A stretch of 64,000 bases of DNA from Octopus sinensis (taxonomy: Eukaryota): the NCBI RefSeq assembly GCF_006345805.1, contig NC_042998.1:157790001-157854000 (forward strand), in the 5' to 3' direction. Each line of letters opens with the position of its first letter. The stretch's first letter is position 1. The notes under the pieces were generated by a model. The model was not told where the DNA came from, did not search any database, and saw only the letters and a list, made by a program, of their open reading frames with translations. Of the stretch, positions 13,400 through 27,451 are shown piece after piece. The position numbers were made by a program, and so were the translations under genes.

Positions 13400-14770
13400 A
13401 TTCTCTTCATCTACAACTACCAACTTTCTTACATTCTAGTACTTTACTAGGTTCATGTTTATAACATTGTTCTGTATGTTCAAATCCTAGCTTTCTACAT
13501 AGCTCCCAGTGGATTGGTCTCCCTAGATTGTCCTGTCTTTTTTTGTATTCTTTCTGCGCCAGCATGCTACATTCACTTACTGTATGAGTAACGCTTTCCT
13601 CTTTTGATTTGCATAATCTAAATTGAGAATCTACTTGGCTTTTTTTATCTTGGCTTTTATCCATTGATGCTTGACAAACTGACAAACTTTCTGTCTCCCT
13701 CTTCAGCTTTCCTTTCTGCAACCATAACCATATCTCACTACTACTATTTGCTGCAACTATCTTTGGGAATCTACCATGGAACGCCTTCTCCTGCCAGTCA
13801 GATAATTTCTGTTCGTTTTTCTGATTTTTACCTTCGTTTGGGGTTTTTGGTTTCCCTATGTCTTGCTGTGACTCTGGAAGCTTTTAATAAAGTTTCTTCA
13901 CTATTACCTACATAGGAGTCTATATCTACTCTAGTTAACTACACGCAGTTTTCTACTCATATTAAACCTCTTCTGTCTTCCTTTCTAGTTAGGTATAATC
14001 TTGTTACTCCTGCCCTTGGATGGAATTCTCTATTCACATTAAATTTCTTCCCAGTTCTTCTATCTACCTTCGCTAATGCAGTGTTAGTCCAATATACAAA
14101 AGTTGATGAGTATCTAAGTAATGATACTGCGCAAGTATTTCCAGCCTTCACTAGATTCGGACTATTTAGCTTTGACTTCATTAGCTTCCTCACCCTGCTG
14201 ATGTACTCCTCAATTTTCGTTTTCATTTCTGTAGTTAGTACTCTGTCAGATTCTAAAATTCCCAGATACTTACAACTCTCTACGCCTTTCAATGATTTTA
14301 ATTTTTGGCTATTTGGCAATTGGATGCCTTCGCTGTTGACTATTTATCTCCTTCTCATGACTAATATTGCACACTTATCTATGCCAAATTCCATGCCTAT
14401 ATCTTTGCTGAAGAGTCTTACTGTCTGTATTAAAGAATTTATCTCTTGTTCATTCTTAGTAAAAATTTCAGATCATCAATGTAGAGCAAATGGTAAATTT
14501 TTCCATAAATCTTTCTGAACTAATCCCCGCCATTGCCTTCCGTAATACTAAACTAAGCGGGATCAAACACGAAACAAATATTAAAGGGGACCACGAGACC
14601 TCTTGCAAAACACTTCTTTTGATATTAACTATCCCTAAGAGTGTGTCACCTGAGTAGAGATCTACTTTCCATTTCTTCATGCTACAGCTAATTAATTCTC
14701 TTATGTTGTCTACTATACTGAATATACTCAAATATACGCTTATCTATGAGTGTGGGATCATATCATAGGC
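13400..14770 (-). pseudogene. Decayed Dong/R4-type non-LTR retrotransposon (RT C-terminus to CCHC knuckle)
   Basis: Fragments NIKRSVLQEVSWSPLIFVSCLIPLS, KYLGILE...SKLNSPN...FHPRAGVTRLYLTRKEDRRGLI and FRLCKSKEESVTHTVSECSMLAQKEYKKRQD. Confidence 0.8.
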
Positions 14771-14831
14771 TTTCCTATTATCTATCAATGCTATTGTTAG
14801 GTTTTCCTATTGTTAGATTATTATTATTATT

Positions 14832-15012
14832 GAGTGAGAGAGCAGTTCATGCCATGAAAGTGACACTGGGGTAAAATATACGATCCCAATATACCCATCA
14901 TGACTACCCGTCTGATAAGGGTATACCAGGCACATGCATCACAACCATATGTGCGCGACATGGTGATCTCATATCAAGATAAACAGCGCATGACCTTGCA
15001 GATGGGGCCCAG

Positions 15013-15013
<1 letters not shown>
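14832..15013 (-). mobile_element. Short interspersed repeat with (AAT)n on both sides
   Basis: Discrete GC-richer block between ATT tracts, oriented with an (AAT)n tail on the minus strand. Recalled as a recurrent octopus repeat; not verified. Confidence 0.5.
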
Positions 15014-15084
<71 letters not shown>

Positions 15085-15689
15085 AAATCCTCAAGTATAA
15101 TCCGCATTTTTCCCCAAAATTTAAAGGTCAAAATCTCTAGTGCATACTATATACGTGGTTAAAAATGAAAAATATTTTCTAAGCAATGTTCGAGTCTCTA
15201 TGAGTCCGGCAATGTATACGCAGACGCATTTTTTTTATGTCGGGCGCGAAAATACCTTAAGCTAAGCCTGAAAGCAATGAAATCATAAAAGTATCATCCC
15301 TAACTTGCAGTAAGCAACATTTATTAAAATAAAAGTATTCAGAACACAGAATAACATGTAACAAAAACAATTTGCAAACATATTTACATTCACATATAAC
15401 AGTAAAGAACATCACCATTATTGTATCACGCATGCGCGAAAGTGTTCGTTCGACTAGGTGTTGCTGGCTTAATTACGCAAGAATTGTACTGAATAGTTTA
15501 GCGCTAAATGGCTTGTTCCTGAACGTCCATAATCAACGTTTCAGTTTTTCATTTCAAGTTCTCGGCCATCAACCAAAGCTAGCGGAATTCACATCCAAAA
15601 ATTTTAGTTTGCTGTATTAATTTGTCACGCAGTTCCATTTATTTCCATTTGTTCATTTTGTTGTTCTTTCTAGTGTCCTTGTTGTAGTT

Positions 15690-15829
<140 letters not shown>

Positions 15830-16922
15830 CTCCCTTAACATGTCGATATTTTTACAACTCCTGACTGAAAAGCATATACTAGAGGTGAGTTATTTCATTT
15901 ATATGATCTTATTTTTATTTAAAGTTCTTTTAAAATAACTAAATTTGTTTTACATGGTTTCGATTTCAAGGCAAAAAAAAAGTGTAAAAAATTGCAGCCA
16001 GCCCAGTGATTCTGCCGACGATTCCAGCTTAAAAACAACAATAATTCTGACCTAAAGTCGCATTTGATAGTAAATATGTTGAAGACAGTAGTGGTGGAAT
16101 GAACTCGATTTTGTGGATACCACAAGAAGGAAGGAGTCCTCAGCAGGATTTGAACTCAGAATATAAAAGATATCAATAATGCTGTAACAATTTCCATTGG
16201 CATTCTGCTCTGTTCCCTCTCACTTTCTTTAAATTCAGTGATGGTACTAACGTGCAAATCGTACATTCTTTTCAATGCTTCAAGGGGAACGAAAGGTTGC
16301 TGCTATATTTATATAGGCGCATTTTTGGTTGAAACTTTTGAAAATATCTTTACGTAAATGCTTTTGTACCGTAGTTTTGTACTCCAAGTTATTTACAAGA
16401 TCGAACCGGTAAGACATTCCTTTTCGTCTGCAATCACACAGTTAGCTAAAGATAGTCCCAAAGACTTAGTGGGGCAAGATTGGTATCTAGACAAAATGAG
16501 TAATTTCTGATTTCCTGTTATCTTCTCCTTACCTGTTTGAAATCATTACACTGCGAGTATTGCATAATCATATACTATTGCCTCATCCCTGGGAGTAGAA
16601 ATTGGTCAACATAGTTGTTGATGTTGTTGAAGATTAGAGGATTTGAAACAGTCAGGTGACAGGTACTTTTTTCAAGTAATTTGTCCTCAAATGTGACCCA
16701 GTTGTAATGGAGGTTCATAACAAAATATATGGAAAAATGTTAGTACTTAACAATCAATATTCTCTTCTCTGTAGGGTTCCAAGTTAATTTGTCCCACACT
16801 AATGTCTAATTTGATTATTTTCAATCTTCCAAAAAATGATGTCTAAAATGGGGAAAATTAGTAATAACTAATTTCAATAATTTCATCTCTTTCACTGCAT
16901 GGTGCATAAATATATCAGTAAG

Positions 16923-17070
16923 TGAAAATCGTGAAGAAGCTATAGAGAAAATCGTGAAGAAGCTATAGAGAATATTTTATGTCGAGGATTTACTTACTCG
17001 TGAAGAAGCTATAGAGAAAATCGTGAAGAAGCTATAGAGAATATTTTATGTCGAGGATTTACTTACTCGT
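16923..17070. repeat. Nested tandem duplication (23 bp doublet inside a ~72 bp doublet)
   Basis: TCGTGAAGAAGCTATAGAG occurs four times; AATATTTTATGTCGAGGATTTACTTACTCGT occurs twice. Confidence 0.9.
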
Positions 17071-17313
17071 TTCATTAATTTCGTATCATATGCCATTTTT
17101 CCAAGATCCTCTTTCTCAAAGTATAAAATGCAATAAATATATCTCATTATGCCCCACCCCTCTTTTGTTTTTCTATTTCACAGTATTCATATTGTTGTCT
17201 CCAGAGAAGAGAAAAACGTACCTACGTGAGTTTAGAACCACATAATCGTACTACTTTCAGAACATGGTACTAGCAAATGCTATTTGAATAATTTTTTTTG
17301 ATATTTGTACCAA

Positions 17314-18158
17314 CTAGCAGAATTGCCCGGCGTTGCTCGGGGCTGAATTGCTTGAAAGTACTGTTAATAATTGCACTGAATTATGATGATTATTCAGGCA
17401 AGTATTGATATAAGTTTACGGTGGGAGATAAGGACTTAACGATCAAACGTGTGCCATTGCATTGTTTTGGGGGAACCAAATATCTGATGAGCATTATAGG
17501 GGCACCAACTTTAAGTTTGAGAAAGTGTGGTGGTAGTCCGGGGTGCTCAAAGGAATTGAGTACCTCTATTGGATAGTTGATGACGTCCTCTGCGTCAGGA
17601 GTTGTATCGATAGACTGATATACATAGACTTCCCCAGGAATGAGTATTAGCATTTCATCATTAATATGGTGAACAGTTTTATTCCTCGGGGCCAGTATAG
17701 CCTTTTGGCCAATCCAATCCATATTCTGATAATTAGCTTGTAGATCTGGGAACACTGCATCTCTGAGATCAGAAGGCGTCTTAACAAAGGTACAAATGGA
17801 ATCGATGGCAATATTACCAGTTTCATCCCCTGGTATTTTGCCTTCGCCAAGTGCAAGGAGGGTGTGAGGAAATGCTGCTGATGTGATATTACGTCGCATA
17901 TGAGCACGCATATTGGTGTGAAGTTTGAGAGTTACTTCCCTTTATTTAAAAAATATGCATTAAAATGGAAAAAATGATGGTAAATTATTTGTAAAGTCGT
18001 AGACTCATCGTAGACGCGCGCTAATACCCAGAAGGGCTCGATATGAATCACGACTATAAGATACCCGGTTTTGGTTAAACTGCATCGCAAAATGTGGGAG
18101 TAGTTAGGAATCTAAATCGGAATAGACAGACACACAACCTTTCTTTTATATATAAAGA
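17314..18158 (-). mobile_element. Internally deleted Helitron
   Basis: On the minus strand it starts TC (after A) at 18158 and ends CTAG (before T) at 17314, with a GC-rich hairpin just upstream of CTAG; it contains a helicase fragment. Confidence 0.85.
17400..17935 (-). pseudogene. Helitron Pif1-like helicase fragment
   Basis: AILAPRNKTVHHIN, YPIEVLNS, LPPHFLKLKVGAPIMLIRYLVPPKQCNGTRLIV are Pif1/Helitron helicase motifs. Confidence 0.9.
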
Positions 18159-18670
18159 TTTTCGTCCTAAAAAACTTTGTATCGATTGAATGGTTACCTT
18201 TATGGAAATATATACACGCACATTATACATACATGTGTGTATAGATAAATATATAAATACATTTATACATCTATATACACTTTTGGGCGATCTTTCTTTT
18301 TCTTAGAGATAACTTTAGATCTTATTTTCGTCCTAAAAAACTTTGTATGGAGTGAATGGTTACTTCTATGGAAATATATACACACACGTTATGCATACAT
18401 GTGTGCATAGATGAATATATAAATACATTTATATATCTATATACACTTTTGGGCGATCTTTCTGCTACTTAGAGATAACTTAAGATCTTATTTTCGTCCT
18501 AAAAACTTTGTGCGGAGTGAATGGTTACGTCTATGGAAGTATATACACACACATTATAATACATCTGTGTATAGATGAATATATAAATATATTTAAATAT
18601 CTATATAGACTTTTGGGCGATCTTTCTGCTACTTGGATATACTTTAGATCTTATATTCGTCCTAAAAATC
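18159..18670. repeat. Tandem repeat, ~166 bp x 3 plus partial fourth copy
   Basis: CGTCCTAAAAA recurs at 18163, 18329, 18495 and 18658. Confidence 0.95.
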
Positions 18671-19189
18671 TTTCCTGTCACACACTCACACACACGCACA
18701 CACACATACGCACCCTCGCACACACACACGCACACACACACACACACACACACTCACACACACACACACACACACACACGTTAGCTTACAATTTTATTTA
18801 TATATTTGCGTGTCTATGTGTGTAAAGAGGAAGTGGGAGTAATTTGCAGAGTGAAATGGTAAAATATTTAGTTTTCTCGAATTTTTTCTGAAATGGGGGT
18901 GAAATTGAAAGAAATTTTGTATGCCATGACCGAATGGAAGTACTTTGAAAAATCATAGGTAAACTCTAATTGAAGAAATTGTGTGAGGAGTAAATCGTTA
19001 TGTATTTATTTGTTTCTGTTTGCTGTGTTGTTTTTTTTTTTGAGTAGTGGTTTAAGGTACACTTGCAAAGAGAAATACTTTCACTTTAATCGTTGCACAC
19101 TTGCAAAGAGAAAGGAGGAGAAATTAGGGTGATAGCATCAGTGAAGCAGGTCGCTCCGTTTGTGTGTGTGTGCGTGTGTGTGTACTGTA

Positions 19190-19407
19190 GCCCACACTAA
19201 GAAAAGCACTTCACTTACACACCAAAATGTGAGTTTTCTCGAAATTTTGCTTAATTGGGGTTGAAATTTGAAAAACTGGACCTGGCACGACCCGATGTAT
19301 TCTACTCTTAAAAATGCTAGGTAAATTGTAATTGAAGAAATCCTATATTGTAGATTTCTATAAGAGACAAAGGAAGGCAGATAAAATCTGCCTTTTATAA
19401 TAAGAGA
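19190..19407 (-). mobile_element. Helitron-like non-autonomous 5' end fragment
   Basis: Minus strand begins A|TCTCTTATTATAAAAG, similar to the other two Helitron 5' ends; a diverged copy of its interior lies at ~18865-18990. Confidence 0.45.
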
Positions 19408-20569
19408 TAGCACTCCTAATAGTGCAATTTTTTAATATTTCATAGAAACAAAATCAACGGTATATATACCTTGTTTATGATTTTAAAGAGCTTTTGGTAA
19501 ATGATCATGTACTATTATGGAAATCCCAATACTAACATGATAGATGCAGTACCTAGCAGAGCCAGTAGAGTTACTACACTAAGTACTTTGCTGTATCTAG
19601 TCAAGTTCCTTTATGTTTGGACTTCTATCGGAATCTTTGTCTCTAATAAAGGATAGTCTTTATTACAGAATGTATAACCTAGTTGGATATAACAGATAAA
19701 ACTACTAATTTTTTTCATTTATTTGCGTACGTGTATGTGAGTGAGTGACTGAGTGACTGAGCGTGTCTATGTGTGTTTGTGTATGTATGCTATTTTAACA
19801 ACTTCTCTGAACGCAAACATAAGTTCTTTAATCTTGATTTTTCTAAGCTCAATTGTTTTATTTTTTTTACTAAATTTCGCTTCCAAAAGAAAAAAGTACT
19901 GCATACTAATTTCTTGTTTCACTATAACCATATATCTGTTTATTTCTCTTTTGTTAAACGTTCAAGTAGAAAACATAGGGGGAAAATAGAGTAAATATAA
20001 GCAATAGCTAATTTTCAATCAGTTAATTAGATATCGCAATGTAGCTCTAGTAAATAGGAAGTGCATTGTATGATTTCCACATAAGATTGTAAAATAACAG
20101 AATAATGCAGTCGAAGATTCTGTCAGAAGATTCTGGTGTAAATAATTGTGAGAAACTGAAAATAAAAATGGAAATACAATACTTTCTTAATAGTTTTTCG
20201 GCATTGATTTGTTAATACTCTAATGTTGCTCGTCTTTTAGCATATTCTTTTAAATACCGTGGAAGCAGCTATTCCTGTTGTCGCAGATGCTTCGTTGCAG
20301 AATTTCTTAGGCCGCTTAAATTATCTGTCTGTCTGTGAATACTGAGATTTTAAATTTTACATGTATGCTTTTACAACTGTGCAAATTTCGCTTTCTTATT
20401 CCAGTTTTCTTTCTTCCTGTTTGTTTTTCATAATTATTTTTTTATCTTATGCAATTAGCACGGCATAGTTCAGTTTAGCACGAAAGAAACAGTATCACCT
20501 CTCTCAGAAAATTCCAAATGACCCACCAGTCACAGTTATTAGACTTATCTCTTAGGTCTGACACGAGCT

Positions 20570-20811
20570 TACAGGATAATTAATCCAGAGTTTATCCCAT
20601 TTCAGTGGGGTATAAACGACCGAGAGCGCAATACTCCTCCCGAATCCCCAGCTGCTGTGTGTAATCTTTTTCAACAACTTGGACTGGAATTACACTCAGT
20701 GGAGTATTAAATTTTTTAAAACAGATATGCCGTCTCTTCTAGAAATCAAGCCACGATATTACGAGCGATAACGAGTCCAACAACCTAACCACTAGGCTAC
20801 GTACTTCCACA
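20570..20811 (-). mobile_element. Old tRNA-derived SINE
   Basis: Minus strand GTGGAAGTACGTAGCCTAGTGGTTAGGTTGTTGGACTCG resembles the head of the 39523-39826 SINE. Confidence 0.55.
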
Positions 20812-21114
20812 GGTACCAGTAGTTTTAGTTCAGTGTCCTAAAAGAAACAAGATTGATTAACCTCAGTATGATGTTCACGACAAGTTATAAATTGCATCAC
20901 ATACGGACTGTGCAAAATAACTTGCAGCATACTTTGTTCTCTTCTCGATAGCGTCGACATTTTGTGTGGTGGTTGTTCACAATTTTAGGTAGGTTGCATG
21001 TGAGGTCAACACTAATATTTAAATGATTTGTTTAAATATTCTATTAAAGATTCCTAACATAACTGGTTGGAAATTTCGGTAAAACGTTATTCTAGAAAAT
21101 ATTTTTCAACTACA

Positions 21115-21300
21115 GGCACAAGACCTGCTATGTTGGAGGAAAGAGTGTAGTCGATTACATCAGCCCCAGTACTCAACTGGTATTTTTACTTTATCGGCCT
21201 GAAAAAGATGAATGACAAAGTCGACCTCAGAATGTATAACCGGAAGCAATACCACTAAATATTTTGTCTGGTGCCTTAATAATTATCTCACCTCACTGCC
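21115..21300 (-). mobile_element. Partial diverged SINE, 39839 family
   Basis: CCCCAGTACTCAACTGGTA...TTTATCGG...AAAGATGAATGACAAAGTCGACCTC. Confidence 0.65.
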
Positions 21301-22222
21301 CTATCATGCTAGGTAATATATGAAACTAGCGCATCGTCACTGAAAAAGTAATAATTTATGTGTTACTTGATCTACAACTTAAGGTTGGTACTTTTTGTCG
21401 AGCATGATGCAAGGATGTTAAATAAGAAAAATGAAAGAGAGTGAGATACCAGCTTGCTGAATGAAGTAACTGCTATCAGCTATCCTGTGTCTTATAAAAT
21501 AGTATAAAACCAAATACTGCATTAAGCTCTGGTAACATCACCTTGAATATCCTAAAAAATACCGTAATTTTGAAACCGCTGTCATACTCATAGTACTTCA
21601 AGGCATCTCAGAAGGTCCGGATGCTGTTTATTCTTTTTGGAGCTGCACAGTGTAAACTACGTGAAGAGACGAGTACTTTCTTCGGTATAGATCAGTACAG
21701 ATTTGAGATACATTAGCTATCTATGGAGAAGAGCCACTAGATTTATTTACCTGCGATACCGGCTGTCACGAACAGACTGATTGTAGTTTGGCAGAAACAT
21801 GGCCACTACTGACAGGTGAAAGGCCTCGAAAAATACCCTAGTTGATATATCTTCCTACTTGTGACTAGCCAGTTTCATAGTGTGAACCTAGATGCGGAAA
21901 AATTCGGCATTAGACTCATAACAGACTCTGGTCAAGAAATTGAGGCAGTAATTTGTGTTGTAGTGGATCTTCCTTTTCTTAGCTACTTCTCTGAAATTGC
22001 AATGTGTATTAACAATGTCTTCCTCTAGTTCTGAGTTAACACTTTCTTCTGAAAACGGCTACATCTCCCTCTCTCTCTTAATTTCTCTCTCAGATACGCA
22101 CGTTGTATCTCTCTGTCTCTGTCTGTGTCTCTCTCTTTCAGAAATACACATTGTATCTCTGTCGGTCTGACTGTCTGTCTGTCTGCCTGTTTATCTTTCT
22201 TCCTTTTTTCTCCCTCTCGATC

Positions 22223-22257
<35 letters not shown>

Positions 22258-22343
22258 CTGTTTCTATTTCTCTCTCTCTCTCTTTCTCTCTTTCTGTCAG
22301 AGAGTATAGGAAGCTCAGAACTGTCTAGCGTCGGGCCGATGGA

Positions 22344-22560
22344 TTATAGAAGGTTCGGCTTCAAAATTGTAGATGCGTTTTTGTAAGCTTGGCATTTGAA
22401 AGAATGCACCACGAAGAAATAGCATTCACTTGAGTGGTTGTTACATTCCCGCCAAATTCTAGCGGTTGTGAACCTTATGACCGTCATCTTACTTTTTTTG
22501 TGCCCACCTAGTAGCTGCGTCAATGTACTAGGTGAATCCCCACATATTTCATATATTTTT
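22344..22560 (-). pseudogene. Chapaev3-like (CMC) transposase N-terminal zinc-finger remnant
   Basis: ICGDSPSTLTQLLGG...RFTTARIWRECNNHSSECYFF...ILKPNLL resembles the WREPxNHxxDCYFC...YPNL motif; family assignment from memory. Confidence 0.5.
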
Positions 22561-22944
22561 TCTATAGGGATGCGTATTAAATAAAACAACTTAAAAACGT
22601 TTTTTTTTCAGCTTAAGTTTTTAATACCCTAAAACTTTATAATTTAAAATCCCACTATACAAAAAAGAAAATATTCTAGATCTTGGCTTCTAGAGTGTCT
22701 GTGCAGGCGTTTCACAGAAAGTGCCCAAAGTTTGTCTTCTCTCTCGGTAGGAAGGCTGAAATATGCATTACCAAAGTTGATTCTATAAAGAACTACTTAT
22801 TCGCTCTTGTTGTGATAAACTCATTACAAACATTGCAAAATGCGCTTACTTGATGCTTGCAGATAAGTCTCTCCAATCAGGCAGCAGAACTAAACTGAAC
22901 CGGTAAACCTAACGACAAGTATTTGTATTACTATTCATATTGGT

Positions 22945-23085
22945 GGAAAGGTTCGATAAATTAAGTTGATAGATTAAGTGCGGGGTTGATAAATTAAGTA
23001 CTAGTTGCATGCTGGGATCGATTTAATCAATTGGCCCCCTCCTCCCAATTTTTTGGCCTTGTGCCTAGAGTAGAAAAGAATATAA
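22945..23085 (+). mobile_element. SINE 3' fragment, 39839 family
   Basis: CGGGGTTGATAAATTAAGTACTAG...GGGATCGATTTAATC...GGCCTTGTGCCTAGAGTAGAAAAG. Confidence 0.6.
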
Positions 23086-25082
23086 TGATGCGTACATATT
23101 TTATTCAGTTCTAATAATAAAACGTATATATACATTAATTTGTAGTACACTAAGTACTAAGAGTAGTTCAGCATTCTGGTTGGACCGTTGAAAGTTATGA
23201 GATGGAAGTGACTTTGAAATGGATAAAGACAAGTGGTGTAGGTTTGAGCGTGGCTGTGCGCCTGAGTCACGATTACACGTCAACCACTTGGACTGAGGAA
23301 GAAAGGTGTTAAGTCGCTATTTTTCATGGTTATCGTAAAATTATATTGGTCAGCAGTTTATATATCTTATTGGATAAAATATTAAAATAGCAAACTTACT
23401 ATTAGTTGTATTGGCATCTGTTCGATTTGGGGGCAAATATTAATGGAATTGTAGTGATGCATCAAACATGACATTCCTTCAGGTTTATCAATATAAAACA
23501 TGACATTTGCGTCGATACCAGTGAATTTACCGAATATAGGGGCGACAGTAAGACTAGTTCTGTTCCAAATATACTTCAACTTCTAAAACTTCAACATTAA
23601 AGCTGTCTGTATTATGGTGTATAGTTTTATCATTATGATAGTGATAAGCGATACCATTGAACCGTTCATCTCACAAAGAAGGAATTTTTTTCTTGTTATA
23701 CTTCCTAATTGCATTATTGTAGTACGCACACGACTGAGCCGGAGCTGGCTAATAGAACCGGATTTTGAATCTTCCTTATGTTTTTTTTTCTTTTTAATGA
23801 GAACCGGTCGCTAACCTTCCACGAATATTTTTGCCACAGCAAAATTTGTCTTATTTATTTTTGTCGTAAACACATTTGCTGTAATACTCTTTGACATAAG
23901 TATTTTCGTTCAAAACATTTTCATCATAAGATATGTCATGTATATTTTCTATAATATCAAACACAAAACTACATCCTGTTTAAACTTACATGCTGTGCTG
24001 GAATAGTGTGTCTTTCTCAGAAATAAAGTTTGTCAAGTTAAAAAATATATCAATTACACTAATAACGTGTTTTCCTTCTTCAATAATTTAATTCAGTCTT
24101 CTTTATTTTTGTTAGCCTTTTGTCATATTTCAAACCATACTACTTCTTCAAACAAACGAATTTTTTTAATAACATATCACTTCATAAAAATCACTTCAAA
24201 CAGCACAGACAATTCAGTTAGTTTCCAATGTTTTGAAACGAAAATATAATAGGTTCTTTTGTACATTCTTGAACGCTTTATATGTGTGTAAAATTGTGTG
24301 TTTTTCTTGTATGTTTTCACTCCACCTTGCACAATAGTGTATCTATCTCATAATATTGTAATATTATCATATCTGTATATAAGTGTTTCACTGAGGTGAC
24401 GCTCCATTCCAGCTTTCTGTTTAACAACATCAATCCCACACTACTATTTACGTAACTATTTATCTCCATATATGCTTTCTTGAAGTATTGTTCTTACTTA
24501 GCTTTATGTCCAACTCCATCCATTCAACTACCTAAATTTATTTCCGTCTCCTTGTGTTGTAAAATTATTGTGCTTATCTACTTACCTATACAAAATTCTG
24601 ATATTCTTAACATAGCCTTCTTCCCTTCTAACCCCTCACCATCCAGCACTGCCTCATTGCCTATTCACTTACTAAAATTTAAGTTATTCTGTATTCTCCT
24701 TTCTCGTATAAAGAGAACAAAACCATACAATGTGAAAGTCTACACATCTCACGACAAATCCATTCCTTTCATTTCGCTTGAACTATATATTCACCGATTT
24801 TTGCTATTACCCATGACACGTTGTTGGAAAATATTACTATAATAAACAGAACTAAGTTATGCAACCAATTTTAAATTCCTTAAAAATAAAATATTTGAAG
24901 AATCGATGTATTAGTGTTGATGTATCCCAATTTAAAGAATCGAATTTCTGCTTTTAATGTCTCCTGCTAATAATGTTAAAGCTTATTAAAGCTTCGATGA
25001 TTTCGTGATTAGAACACCAAATTAATTCGAAAATGTTTTCATTATCGAAACTTTTCGTTCCTTAACAACGATATTGTTGAGC

Positions 25083-25120
<38 letters not shown>

Positions 25121-25289
25121 TATGTTTTTAATGTTGAATTATAATAAAAACAATTTTAGATAATACTGAAGAATTACACAATACTTTTTACAGGGTACAT
25201 AATTATTAGTCTTTTACTGTATGACCGATGAAAGCAACCAGTCCGAAGTTTCGAAGTTTCTGTCAATAGCGTTTTTGTAAAAGAATAAT

Positions 25290-25335
<46 letters not shown>

Positions 25336-25559
25336 ACACACACACACATACACACAGATTCCTCTCTCTATAGACACCCGAACATGTTCACAGAAGCAAA
25401 AACGCAGATACTGAGGTATAAAAACTCCCGCATCGATGACCACACACAAGTAAGACTCAGACACACGCCTGCATGAGTAGACCATGGTAGTTACCTTGTG
25501 CTGGCAAACAAAGAGAAGTAACATACATATTAATAACACATTCATTTTTATAACACAGA

Positions 25560-26115
25560 ATAATGATTTCCATAATGCACTATACGTTTAGCACGGTCAA
25601 TTAATGCATGGTAAGTTTATGCGCATTAAGTGGATTAACAGTCCATAATGATATGGTCATTGTATACATATTAATAGAATAAAGTGTCCACAACATTAGA
25701 GTCTGATTTGTTTGTATTCAACGATTCAGTGTTGCTGAGTTGGTGTTCTGTTTATCGCTCGGGAGACAGTGCTTTGGGACGTGTACAAATATGCATAGTA
25801 TCCACTTTGAACAAAATAAAATGCCCGAGGTGCATGTTTTTTACGTTTATACCAGGTGTTTTCATTTGAGGAGAGATTTGGTTAACTGGTGAAACGGTGT
25901 AACTTTGTAAACAGAAGAATGCGACATAGATGTCAATAATACGACATTAATTTCTATAACAATGCATAGTGATGGCCATAATACATTACACGTTTAGCAC
26001 GGTCAATAATTGCGCGGTCAGTTTATGCGTATTAAGTGGTTTAACAGTCCATTATGGTGTGGTCACTGTACACTTATTAATTTAATAAACAATCCATAAC
26101 ACTACAGTCAGATTA
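25560..26115. repeat. Diverged direct repeat pair (~150 bp at 25560-25710 and 25965-26115)
   Basis: Shared CGTTTAGCACGGTCAAT...GTTTATGCG.ATTAAGTGG.TTAACAGTCCAT. Confidence 0.8.
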
Positions 26116-26182
26116 GCTTGCTCACCACACCATAGCGCTCTGTTTATCGCACAGGAAAAAAAAATATATATACATATATATA

Positions 26183-27451
26183 CGAGGGGCGTTCAATAAG
26201 TAATGCCTCTGACCCACTTCCCATTGCAGTAGAGCAATGACACTTGGCACAGTTATTAGTCTTTTCCTACATAGGAAGTACCCAGAGTTATGCATTTCTC
26301 CCATCGTTTGATACAGCTCTGGAGACCGTTTTTGTAGAAGACCCCAGCTTGGCCCTCCAACCACGACGTGACTTCAGAAATCAAGGCTGCATCATCTGGG
26401 AAACGCTTTCCTTTCAAAATCAACTTCATGGCTAGGAAGAGGTGAAAATCAGAAGGTGCAAGGGGAGGAGTTCATAGCTGCACGCCTGTGCTTCTGATCT
26501 GGCGACACGCGAGTTGTGGACCGGAGCGTTGTCCTGCAGGAGGAGGATGCCTTTGCTGATCTTGCCCCGCCTCTTGATTTTGATAGCTTCTCTTAATTTC
26601 CTCAAAAGTGAAGCATAATAGGCTCCTGTAATTGTGGTACCCTTTGCCAGGAAATCTGTCATCACTACTCCGTCCTGGTCCCAGAAGACTGTGAGCATAA
26701 CCTTGTCAGCGGAGGGCTGCACCCTTGCCTTCTTTGGAGGAGGTGAGTCACGGTGCTTTCACTGCATTGACTGGGCTTTGGTCTATGGATCATAGTGATG
26801 GACCCAGGTTTTATCCTGTGTGATCAGTCTTTTGAAAAATTTTTACTCATCTTCTTGGCACATCTCCAAATTCATCCTCGAGCACTCAACGCGTTCTTGC
26901 TTCTGGAAAGGTGTGAGCAACCTGGAAATCCATCTGGCAGACACCTTTTGCATATGCAAATGGTCATGAATGATAGTTTCCACAGACCCGGTACTAATAT
27001 TGACCTTATGAGCTATTTGGCGAATATTTATGCGTTGACCTTCCAAAATGGCAGCCTCAACTTGACGGACAGACGTCTCATCAACGGCAGAAGGGGCGAC
27101 CAGATCTGGGAGCTGTTTCCACAGAGTTTCGACTATGTTTGAATTCACAATGCCAGCGTTTTACAAGGTCATATGATGGGGCATCATCACCATAAGTTAC
27201 TTTCATTTCATCAAAAGTCTCCCGTGGTGTGCGTCCTTTCAAATACAGAAACCAGAACACTGCTTGACACTCAATAGGCTCCATTTCACACTTGACTCAG
27301 TTCAAACAGCTGTAAATCAGAAACCACAATTGGTTCAGAGTTGTAATTCGCCACTTAATCTATAGAGGTATAAATAAGTGAACATGCAAAGTTTCAGCTA
27401 GATCAAATAACTGCAAGTGGGTCAGGGGCATTACTTATTGAACGCCCCTCG
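26183..27451 (-). mobile_element. Full-length mariner transposon, TA target-site duplication
   Basis: TIRs CGAGGGGCGTTCAATAAGTAATGCC at both ends, TA at 26181-26182 and 27452-27453, 1269 bp. Confidence 0.95.
26256..27284 (-). pseudogene. Mariner DD34D-type transposase pseudogene
   Basis: MEPIECQAVF...KVSARWISRLL...ITQDKTWVHHYDP...KVMLTVFWD...LLQDNAPVH...LAPSDFHLF...RWEKCI. Several stops and frameshifts; the HPPYSPD motif is deleted. Confidence 0.92.

Noticed and set aside
21600-21950. GC-richer stretch as a coding exon
   Set aside because: Stops interrupt the frames I checked on both strands, with no clear splice pair or recognisable motif.
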